A DNA stretch of 64,000 nt, taken from Lama glama (Eukaryota). The translations under genes and the position numbers were made by a program. Each line of letters starts with the position of its first letter. The stretch's first letter is position 1. Location: assembly GCA_028534125.1 (NCBI GenBank), contig CM052823.1:70308001-70372000 (forward strand). Reading direction: 5' to 3'. Shown here piece by piece: positions 50,374 through 60,719 of this stretch. The notes below the pieces were generated by a model. It saw only the letters and a list, made by a program, of their open reading frames with translations. It ran no database searches and was not told the origin of the DNA.

Positions 50374-50535
50374 TTTTTTTTTTAATGTATTTTTTTTTTA
50401 TTTTTAATTCTTTTTTTGGTGGGGGAAGGTAATTAGTTTTATTTATTTATTTTTAGAGGAGGTACTGGGGATTGAACCCACGACCTCATGCATGCTAAGC
50501 ATGTGCTCTACTGCTTGAGATATACCCTCCCCACT
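50374..50535 (-). mobile_element. tRNA-derived SINE (Vic-1 type)
   Basis: Reverse complement of the 19994 element; TSD tggcagctcaatctt (50359-50373) / tggtagctcagtctt (50536-50550). Confidence 0.85.
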
Positions 50536-51284
50536 TGGTAGCTCAGTCTTATAAGATCCCTCAAAGAAATATCACATTGGTCAGGTCATAGGGAGTGACC
50601 TGCTCACCAGGCCACCCTCCTGGAAGCTGGTCCTGGCCACAGTGCCCAAGGACAACCACAGAGATGTGAGTCCTGGAGCTCTGCAGGGCATCTGGTCAAC
50701 CCTATGTGTGTAGGGAGTAAGGAGGAGTTTTAGGGGGTGAGGAGAGGGTATGGAGAGTCAGAGGGCCACAAAGAGGTAAAACAGGGATTATTGGAGCCCA
50801 TGTGGGACCAGGTCCAGGCCGGACAGCACTATCAGCCCCGACTAGAGGGATTTTGAAAACTTTGAGGAAGACACTCCAAAGTGTCTTCTGAGAACCTTCT
50901 GAGAGCCCTCGCCCAGGTCTAAGGGTGGTAGAACCCAGAATGATCTGGGATTACTGTGAACTTCAGGAAGCAGAATATAAGATGGAAACCAGCATTTGTT
51001 TTGAGCATTTTGTTTGAGTGTGGCATTCTCCTTGCCACACACCATGCAAGACACTTGCTTCACTTGATCCTTGTAAGCACTTTGTGAGGTGGGTGCTATT
51101 ATCAAGCCCATTTTACAGATGAGAAAACTGTGTCACAGAGAGATGATGTGACTTCCCTCAGGTCACCCAGTGGTGAATCCAGGTTCTAAAGTGTATGTCC
51201 TCTTTGTACACCCCGTGTTACTGCCCACGACAGGTTTTGCCTTTTCCACTTCTACTGAAAGGGTGTGTGCTGTTTCTTCTACAG

Positions 51285-51472
51285 AGGGCCCTCTGATCTT
51301 TTCTCTGGTTGCTGGACCTTCTCCAGCTGACTGAGTACACTCCACACCCAATTTCTGTGACCAGGTTTTGGCCAGGGCCCAAACCCCACTCTGATCTCTT
51401 GACAAACAAAGGGATACAAAGGGATGCCTGGTTTGCTTCCATGGTTTCGTGCCTTCTAAACTCCTGACCCAG
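51285..51472 (+). pseudogene. DNAAF9-like remnant exon, start of CobW-like P-loop region
   Basis: ttcttctacAG...CAG|gtcagg; GPLIFSLVAGPSPAD*...RDTKGCLVCFHGFVPSKLLTQ ~ KVIISIVTGLPGC...[21 protein letters not shown]; two TGA stops. Confidence 0.65.
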
Positions 51473-52579
51473 GTCAGGACTCCACCTGTGCCTGATGGTC
51501 CTCTGCCTGTTGTTCTGATAAGGTTCAGCTCCCAGACAACTTTTAAACCAGAGGAAAAGCCACTGGGCTTGGTGATGCAAGGTTTATTTAGAATCTGACA
51601 GGAAATCGGGTTAAGGTCATTCTGTGTAAGTCTGTGGTGATGTTAATGGTTATTCTGGTTTGGATCTTCATTGGTTAGGACAGACTTTGAGCAAAAACCA
51701 TTAGGGTGAGGCGTGGCTGTTCTCTAAGCTTGGCTGATGAAACCCTACACCTAGGCAAGGGGCCAGGCCAGAATTTAAGGACAGCTATGTGGCTAAGCCA
51801 TTGTTTCAACACTTTCACCAGAGGCCCTAAATGAGAGATGGCTTCATCTCCTGAGAGGTGTTGGCTTGGGGTTAGGTAAGAGCTTTGCTACTTTTACAGA
51901 CATCTTGGTCTTAATCTCTTGATCCTCCATCTTTTCCCCTGACCACTATTTATGACCCCATAAATAACTATAAATGCATCAATAATCAATAAAATGGAGC
52001 TCTTGTGAAGGCAGAAACTCAGGATTTTCATTAGAGAGAGGGAGAATGGAAAGCCTCATTTCCTTGTAAATGTAGCATCATGAAAGACAGGATCTGGATA
52101 GTGCTTAAGAATGAAATAAGGTGTCCTAGGGTGTCTTGTGATTTCAGGAACACCTCAGGGCTGAGGTAGGTGAGGTGCTGAGTGTAACCACGAATCGAAA
52201 TTCCAGGATTCAAAACAGCAGCTGTGTCCACTCAGCCCAAGGCCAGAGACTTAGTCACAGAACAGACCCCTGAAAATGACTTACCTGTGATCTTGAGAAG
52301 GAGTAAGGAAGATGCCTCAAAGAGGGGTCCAATATCAGGACAGACATCATTTTTTCTATGTGGGCAGTTATCCCAAGATCTGGAAGTTAGTGCCCACTCT
52401 TAACTTTTGACCTTTGGTAAATCAGGTTATAGATATGAAACGAGGAACTAAAAGAAATATGGTTTCTAAGGCACTTGGTGGAATAGTAGCAACATTTCTG
52501 GATGAGAGAGAATGGCTTCCAGGTTAACTTACTCCCCAGCACTCGTCCCCTAACTTGGCCATCCCAGTTACTTTTCAAG

Positions 52580-52673
52580 TTATGATACATGAACTGGGCA
52601 CTCGGGTGGCTGCCTGCGCTACATCAGCTTCAGGAAATACCACACATCTCCATCATAGTGTCATGTGTGGCTG
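52580..52673 (+). pseudogene. DNAAF9-like remnant exon
   Basis: Phase 0 to 1: L*YMNWALGWLPALHQLQEIPHISIIVSCVA ~ ALQTHP...FTIGAITACVE; G|gttagt donor. Confidence 0.55.
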
Positions 52674-52858
52674 GTTAGTCTAGACAGGACAGTGGTTCCC
52701 CTTGATGGCTTGTGTTCAGTTGCTGCAACAGAAACCAATGCCATGGTTGTTTGACTTCAGTGTGGCATGAAATCACGGGCCTGTAAAAGGAGTAGACAGC
52801 GAAGGGTTATGTAAGATTTAGTTCTCAAAGTCAACAGAAATGGATTTCAGTTTCCTAG

Positions 52859-53035
52859 GCTGACAATGTGGAGAAGGGAGTTTTGGCATTTCAGGGGCAG
52901 GGTCGATGCTGCCTGTATGGCCAGTCTAACCAGCAGCACATTCTCAGAGGCACCTCGGTCCAGTGCAGGTTCGATGATTCCAGTTTGGCTCCATAAAGCA
53001 TCAAAGGCATTTTGTCGTGGTGGTTTTCTTACCAG
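52859..53035 (+). pseudogene. DNAAF9-like remnant exon
   Basis: CCLYGQSNQQHILRGTSVQC...KGILSWWFS ~ [28 protein letters not shown]; one stop; donor degenerate. Confidence 0.45.
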
Positions 53036-53390
53036 GCAGATGAGTACAGTGTGATGGGATTCAATCCAAACCTTCGAGCTACCAGGAGTCTGGATTACTA
53101 CAGGATTCTCAAACTGGGTTTGAATCCTGTCTCTACGATTAGCCTGTGTCTTTGAACAAATTACATCCTTTCTCTAAGTCTCAGTTTCCTCATCTTCAAA
53201 AGGAGGTGAAATAATAGTACCTCATTACTGGGTTGTGAGGATTATAGGAGATAATGCTGGAAAGCATGTGCCCACATCCGGGCACAGAGTCAGCTCTCAA
53301 TAAACAGAAGCAATTACAACTGTTTAAAAAGCAGCTCTCTGTTCAAGCAGCACCTTTTTCTTTTCTTAACCTTCCTTATTTTTGCTGAAG

Positions 53391-53747
53391 GAGTTACTAG
53401 CCAGGACTACAGAGGTCAACCAGTTGGTAATGTATTTCGTTACCCGTCATCCCATCCCATTTCTGGTAGTTCAGCCACTGTCCTAATTTGGTTACTTGTG
53501 CTGATGACCTAAGCAAATGACTCAGGGTATTTTGATAATGTAGAAGGAAGGACTATGGTTTGTTGACACCTTTGATATAATAAGGGATGGCAAAGGTGTG
53601 TAAGTAACCACAAGGCTGGATCCAGCATCCAGAAACAGATGAGCCTCGCACAGGACTTGAGATACCACAAAAGTTTTCTCCTGAATGCAGAACGGTGATG
53701 ATAAATTACACTCTGTAGATTTCCAAATTCATCTGTCACTTGACCAA
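53391..53747 (+). pseudogene. DNAAF9-like remnant exons (two segments: 53391-53450 and 53615-53747)
   Basis: Strong acceptor at 53389-53390. ELLARTTEVNQLVMYFV ~ QLQSLIRAANPAAAFIL; KSFLLNAER***ITLCRFPN ~ NSFSSPEMLRSRYLMYPG. Confidence 0.45.
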
Positions 53748-56716
53748 GTAAATATTCCTGAGGACAGGAAGAGAAAACATGTACCTTAAAAAAATAATTC
53801 ATCCTAGTGCAAATGCAACAGAGAAGATTCAAGTTAACAAAAATAATGTCTTCATATTGGAAGATTGGCTTCACTATCTCATCCCCACTAAGTAAAAGCT
53901 TAAATTTACAGATTGGGCCTAAAAAAAACCCATCTGTGTCCCATTAAATCCCATCCTGGTCCTGAGGAAGCTGCTCTGTGGATGCCATATTGACATACTC
54001 AACACATCCCAAACTAAATTCATTTCCCTTCTAAAACTGCTTCTCCTTCACAACTACCCTTTTCTGTCAATGATGTTAACATTTTCTAATCTCCAAATCC
54101 AGCGACCCTGGTGAGGTCTCTGATTCTTCTACCACCTTTCTCCTATTCAAGAGCTACCTGGTTATGTGACTGCATCATGGTCAAGCAGACTGGTTAAGAT
54201 TCTGGACTCTTTTATTAGACACTCCTGGTTTGATGCCTGACTTTATCACTTACAGTTGTGTGGCATTAGGTCTGTAACTTAACCTCTCTGTGCCTCAATT
54301 TCCTCATCTTTCAAATAGGAAAAATAAAAGGTAATTCCTCATAGAGTGGCTGGAATAATTAAATGAGATAATGTTCAGCATAGTGCCAGCACATTGTAAG
54401 TACTTGATTCAGTTCTGCTACTAATTTTATTATTACAAAGAGTCTGAGATGTGTTCCTTCTTCCCTATTTTTATTGCTAATGCTCTGTTTGAAACTCTTA
54501 ATGACTTTTTTGCTGAGGTTACAGATACTGCTGTCTAATTTTGCCCTGCTTCCAGATTTCCCTTTCTTTACCCAGTCTTGCAGGGCTTTGCCAGACTGGT
54601 CTCCCTTAAACACGGTGAAAATCTCCAGCTCAGGATCCACGATGGCTCCCTAATACCTATGGCTTCCAGTACACGCTTCTCTGAGCAGCTTCCCAGGCCC
54701 TCAAGAACTCACCCGGCTCAGTGTCTGTCAGGTGTAGTGTCGTGATTGAGGGCTCGGGGGCGCCACCATTTTCTAATTGTGTAAACTTGGGTAAATGTAC
54801 GCCTTTAGTCATTTCAAAATGTAAACTCCCTTCGCTCTCAAGACATCTCTCCCTTCCTGCCTTCTCCCCAGGATGGCTTCTGAGTGTAGGGGGAGCCCTC
54901 CTATCCTAGGAGCAGGGGCGCAGACCTCTGGCTTCTCTCTGGTCTGGAATATCCTGGTCTGGCCCTGCTGTGTCCTCTGTTGGTCCACAGAGGTTCAGAT
55001 GGTCCCACCCTGTTCTCTGAATCTCAGCTGGGCTGCTTCTTTCCTCTGCTAAAGCTTGTGGTCCCTCCCCTGCAGCTTCACTTAGTCTGACCCCAGGCCT
55101 CTGTTGGTCTCCTGGCTTAGGAGCTTTGCTTTGGCTATTCCCTCTGCCTGAAATACTCTTTCCCCAATAATCTATTTAGCTAACCCTACATTTCCTCAAG
55201 TCTTTGGTAAAATTTCACAGCTCAGTGAGAGTGACCTTACCCACCCTATTTAGTATTGTAACCTGCTCCCCCCCATCCTCATGCACTCCTGATCCCTCTT
55301 TACCCTGCTCTTTTTCTTTTTTACCACAGTCCTTATCACTTCTAATATATAATGTATTTATTATCTTTATTGTTTAATTTCTTGTCTCCCCTTGTTAGGC
55401 TGCAATATCCACACAGGACTATTTGGTTCACTGATAGAGCCTGCCTAGAACACTTAAATGTGGAATGGATGAATGAATGTATGAGTGGACATTGTTAATT
55501 GAAACTCCACTTTACATTATTCAAATTTCCCATTCTTAATCTATCCCAGAAGCTGGTACTGAGAAACACAGGAATAAGTCACATGCATCTTAACTCTAGG
55601 AACTAAATGAAAAAGAAAAACAAGTCTCCTTATGGCATGACCCTGGTGAGAAGAAAGCTATCATTAATCTTTTAACATTTGAATGTATTTTCTCATTGTC
55701 CTGGAGTTTTAAATGAATAATCAGATTTCCCCCTGATACTTATTTGTGTGTATATGTTCTCTAAGACCTTTCCTGGCACTAAGATTATAAACATATTGTT
55801 TTATACTTATTCTAATGCTCTTATAACTTAGTTTTGCTTTGTTTTTTAAGTGTAGGTCTGGTCTTTCTGGAATTTATGTTTGTGATTTGTGAGAAGTAGG
55901 AGCCAGGTGGTCCTGAATCATATACTAAATAGTCTAGCCTTTCCTCAGTGACTTGAAATGTTACCTTATCATACAGTCTATTTTTTAATTCTTTGTTCCT
56001 TCAATCTGTTTGTCTGTTCTGGCACCAATATCAAGCTATTTTTAATTACTATGATTTTACAGTATAGTTTGATTTTCTGGTGGTAATCTTTATCTTAACA
56101 CTATAATTCACTCTTTATCTACACTTTAGCCTAGATCAAACATAGATCCATTCATGTTACTTTTTTTGAGCACTTACTATGTGTCATGCACTGGAAATGA
56201 AAATATGCTGGCTGGACCCATTTGTCCAAATATAATTCAGTGGATTGAGGTCTAGACTCTGCTTTTTTAATTGAGGTTTTTTTGAAAGAAGGAAGGGAAA
56301 TGGCAAAGGTTTTTTTTCCTCCTAAGAATTAGTTAAATTGCTGATGTATCCATGAATAAGAAAGATCAGCTTTACTAACTTTTCCTGAAATAGTAAGTCT
56401 AAATATGAACCAGGGATAGAGACCCCAATGAAAAGCCCAAAAATGTGGACAAAAGCTTGGGAATGAGAAAAGCAGAATGTGGTGTAATATCCTAAAAATC
56501 ACTCTTACTACAATTTTTTTTCCTAGTCTTAGTCTGCCAATTAGGTGGCAAGACTTTTCACATAAATATTAGGGCAAGGTCTTTCCTCTTCCTCCATTTA
56601 ACTTACTTTGAGAGTTACACAGCAAGTTATGCCCAGTGAAGCATCACCACATCCTAGGAAGATCCTGTGTTTATGTGCTTACAAGTAAATTTAATTGCGT
56701 GTTCCTACTCCCTCAG

Positions 56717-56830
56717 ATTAGCCTTTCAGCAAAGTTAGCTCATTTCATTTCCAGTGGATACAGGGTAACCATGGTCCATTGTTAAGCAAAAGGGGATGAA
56801 GATCAGCTGGAAATTGCAATCAAGGAGAAG
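56717..56830 (+). pseudogene. Possible DNAAF9-like remnant exon
   Basis: ctactccctcAG...AAG|gtttag; ISLSAKLAHFISSGYRVTMVHC*AKGDEDQLEIAIKEK. Position fits the chain but sequence similarity is weak. Confidence 0.3.
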
Positions 56831-57526
56831 GTTTAGGTGTATTTTGTAAAGCTAGGAGTACCATCAGGAAGCCTACCCTTTACTCAGATCAAGGCACTTG
56901 AACTTTAAAAACTTTTAATAGGGGATCTTTAAAAGTTTAATGCCCCCCCAATACACACACACAGTAATTAAAGGAATTTTGACATTTGTTTGTACATGGT
57001 AGGCACAATAATATTATTCAAATTTATTTGAATATTATTTTATTTGAGTGTCAGATTGGCTCTCCAGCCAACAAGTATTTATTGAGCATCTACATGTTGG
57101 GGATAGAGAAGTGAAATAGACAGACATAATTCCTTCCCTTAGTCAAGGAACTCCCCCTTCCAAAGCAAGTGCTTTCAGTCATTGTCCAAGAAGGATAAGT
57201 GATCAGTCTTAAAACTAAACTGTGGAATGACAGAATTCTTTTGTTTACACAACTATTGACATCCAAGGAAATCTTGGCCTACTATAAAGCTGATTATACA
57301 TTTCATAATATCTACTCTGTATATTCTCCTTCTCTCTTTAAACATCAAGTCCAAATGTGATTAGTAAGGATTCATCTCGTACTTTGCCAGCCTAATGCTA
57401 TTGTATACCCCCCTCTTCATTACTGCAGTCAAAAAGCTTAGTTTAGTTTTAATGTCACACAAGACATCATTAGATGGTCCCTGTGATTGAGAGTTCACCT
57501 TAGTAACTAGCTCTCTTATTCACCAG

Positions 57527-57638
57527 ACCCTCCACAGAGCACAGGCTTCTCTTGCACAGGGAGACAGTGGTTGATTACTTTTGGGGCTGACATGTGTGAG
57601 TGTTTTCTAGATGTCATGTGGGATCGGTCCTAGAGTAG
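57527..57638 (+). pseudogene. DNAAF9-like remnant exon
   Basis: ctctcttattcaccAG; PPQSTGFSCTGRQWLITFGADMCECFLDVMWDRS ~ PPDS...[25 protein letters not shown]; candidate donors at 57596 (gtgagt) and 57639 (gtatgg). Confidence 0.6.
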
Positions 57639-57672
57639 GTATGGGTTGTTTAAGATGGATTTGGGATCACAG

Positions 57673-57946
57673 AATGCATATGGAATAAACCAGGACTTCA
57701 AAATCTGAGGTCTCTAAAAGAGGAGACCAAGGCAATGCCTGAACACTGGAATGCATCTGTTACATGTTAACCTCCTAATATCACTAAGGAGGATTAAATC
57801 TACATAAAGATGAAAAATAGACATTCAGTGGCAAAATCTAGACAGCACAAGAGGAAGTGACAGAACTGGCCTTTGAGGAATATATCCTAGAAGAGTCATA
57901 CTTAACCTTGTGTACATATCCTCACTGGCATGATCACTGTTTTTGA
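57673..57946 (+). pseudogene. DNAAF9-like remnant terminal exon
   Basis: KPGLQNLRS...*PPNITKED*IYIKM, then a frameshift, then EVTELAFEEYILEESYLTLCTYPHWHDHCF* ~ KPQRKALKT...LPAGYFYNGTQFVNF...[21 protein letters not shown]...YHDLF. Confidence 0.6.
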
Positions 57947-59479
57947 GACCCTGACAGAGTAGAGATGCAAAATAAGAAGTTCCCTTCCTTCCTTAACTAG
58001 TTTTTCTGGTCTAAAAGGAAGTACAATCATTAAATGACATAAAGGCCTTTCATTAACTCTCATAACTACCTCAGAGCTCCATACCAGAATTTTACAACAA
58101 AAATATTCAGAGGTGAAATGGAGAAGCAAAAAGTACATAGTCCAGCTTCAGTCCTCAGTCTGGCGCATATCTCTAACCACTGCAGATTGCTGTTAGGAAA
58201 CTGGGGTCCAGCACCACTGAGTTCCGCCCCAAAGTCACAGAGTAAATGTTGCTGACAAAACTCTTAAGTGCTCTCATGAGTAGAGCTTGAGAAATGAGTA
58301 AGTCCTTAACTGAGTATGATGCATGTACAGGGTCAGAGGTGGAGGACATGCTTAATCTGGTAATCACATAGAAAATATGGGTAATTTCCCTGGGGAGAAC
58401 AAGCCCAATTACTCATAATGCACCAGCCTGGGCAGCACTCGAGAGTAGGCACCATGGCACTACTAATTTAGGCCTGGCCCACATCCACATTCTCCTGGCA
58501 TTCCCCCCCGCAAACCCCCACCCCACCACCACACCTCTGTATTGCCCAAAAGTAATGAAATAATAATGGTTGATGGTACCAGCTAAGAGATAGCATGATG
58601 GAAGGTGCACCCTGAGCTTTGGAGTCACTTCTGGATTAGAATTCTGGTACTAACTACTGCATAGCTGAGAACACTCATTTCATCGATGTTCTACTTTGAG
58701 ATGCCCCTGAAAGTTGGAGGCAGTCTTGTGGTGAAACTTCAAAACAGGAAATACAGAGCAACCTTTTCCCTTTCTGGTCCTGTGCCTGCCAGTTACCTAG
58801 CACCTGGCCCAGTGAAAGTCTTATCGGAGGCCTAGCTGTGGTAAGCCCTTTGTTTCCCAGGACTCATTCATAACCATAACTAATAACTTGCCCAGAAAGG
58901 GCCCTGCAGTCTCAGGGAAGCTGAAGTTAGATGACAGCACTTTATTCAGCTTGTCTTTCCCTGGGAGCCTTCATCTAATAGAGCCAACGTGGCCCTTTCC
59001 ATTCACTAGGCTTGTGTTTGCTACTTAGGTTTCCTACTGATCATTTTTTACATTCATTCATATGCAAAGCTGTTAATAAAAGTATTTAGGGAAAAAGGAT
59101 TCTCTGTATACTAAGTCGATCAAGATGTTAACATTAATAATACTTGTAGAATTTAGGTACTTGTAGAATCTCAAGTTGTTATTAAGGTTTCAAGGTTTGA
59201 AGACTAAAAAGAAATACTGAAGTGGTACACTTAAGTATCACCAAAACCACTACCTTACCTCAAAATTTCACAAGGTTTACACAATTTAGATGACAAAGTA
59301 AGGTTCAAGTTTTAAGGATGAATACCTAAGATGTTTCATGGATCTCACAAGGCTCACTAGGAAAGATGATCCATTTAAAGGGGATAATTGAGGGGAGTTT
59401 AATGAAGATATTAATTAAAAGGGGGTGAGTGGGGTTCAGGAAAAGCAAGTCAAGGTGAATTACCTCAGTGGAGTCCTGA

Positions 59480-59663
59480 TCTTTCTGCAATGATGGAAAT
59501 GTTATAAATCGATACTGTCTAACACTTTAGCCATGAGTCACATGTGGCTATTGAGCGTTTTAAGATGTGGTTAATGCAACTAAGACACTGAATTCTTAAT
59601 TTTAACTCAATTAAATTTTAAATAGCTACATGAGACTAATGGCTACTATATTAGACAGTGCAG
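59480..59663. mobile_element. MER3-like hAT element
   Basis: gcaatgatggaaatgtt...cacatgtggctattgagc...ctaatggctactatattagacagtgcag. Confidence 0.75.
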
Positions 59664-60672
59664 CTCAAGTCTAGCAAAAAGCCATTACAGCTTCTAGGCC
59701 TGAAGTGGTTAAGAAACCAACTACTGGAACTGGGAGTGATGCAGTTAGAGCTCTATCTTATGGAAGAAGACTACCTGATAGGAGCTGTGGCTTTTGACAG
59801 AAGAATGTGGTTGCTGCTAACTTGCCAACTGGCAGGGGAAATGCAGAGGATGCCCTGACTCACTCTTCCTGTCCAGCCAGCCCCCTCTGGTACTTCTGAC
59901 TGAAGGAACTCACCAGAAACCAGAGAAGAAGAAAATTCATTAATGCAGTTCATGAAGGTCAGCCTCCTGGGGCACAGAACATAGTGAAGGGTAGAGAGTA
60001 GATCTGGAGCAAAATATTACCATACTATTACAAAGTGAGTTGAGACAGCAAACATTTGGTCTGTTAGCATTTATACATCTAAGTAAATGCGGAACTAGTG
60101 ACAAAATAGAACAAAAGCACATTTCTTGATAAAGTCATACAAATGTGTCTTATGAAAGCTATTCCAGAGGGCTCTGCCACTAAGGGCCACAGTGCTTTAA
60201 TCAAACTGCAACTGGGTTCATTTCAGGTTTCATACAGGAAGAATCAGGTCAATACCATGTCCCTTCAACTATATTCAACCTTGTATTCTTACCAAGGATC
60301 TGTGTGAAACTTTTCCCAAGGAACCATCTCAAATCACAAAACCTGGGAGTGGAAAATTTTTCACTTGACTTAGGCTAAAAGTCACTGTAACTCAATAAAC
60401 AGATAAAATCTTTAGAAAATGGGAGGAAGACCAGTAAACTAGATACAGGGATCCAAAGGGCCCCCAACTGCTACTCTAGGACTATATGACCACTCTCTTC
60501 AGGTAGGCCTATTATTTGTTTTACTTTTGTACAATCTTTTTGAATTTTGGTATGTGTTTTAACAACTTCTTTCATTTCTGTACTGAATAGCAGTGCTAAT
60601 GAAGAAAAAGGGGCAGGGGGGCAGGGGAGTGGTAATATCTACAGCCAGAGTCAAATCCTATTTTTGGAGACC

Positions 60673-60678
60673 TTTATT
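60673..60678 (-). terminator. LCMT2: Candidate LCMT2 polyadenylation signal
   Basis: tttatt on the plus strand about 42 nt after the stop codon. Confidence 0.45.
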
Positions 60679-60719
60679 GTTTACTTTAGTTGGTCCTGAA
60701 TATACTAAAAGTCCAGTCC

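Larger units (their letters stand above)
31938..57946 (+). pseudogene. Decayed multi-exon DNAAF9 (C20orf194/Shulin)-like gene, antisense to TGM7 intron 1/exon 1
   Basis: About 20 repeat-free islands, mostly with AG/GT ends, translate colinearly with recalled human DNAAF9 (N-terminal aminopeptidase-P-like region, CobW-like P-loop region, C-terminal helix). Many in-frame stops and frameshifts. Homology judged by eye, not by search. Confidence 0.7.

Noticed and set aside
52580-52640. Zinc-metalloprotease motif (MIHELG...H after a frameshift)
   Set aside because: It needs a frameshift and lacks the downstream context; another frame fits the DNAAF9-like chain in both phase and sequence.
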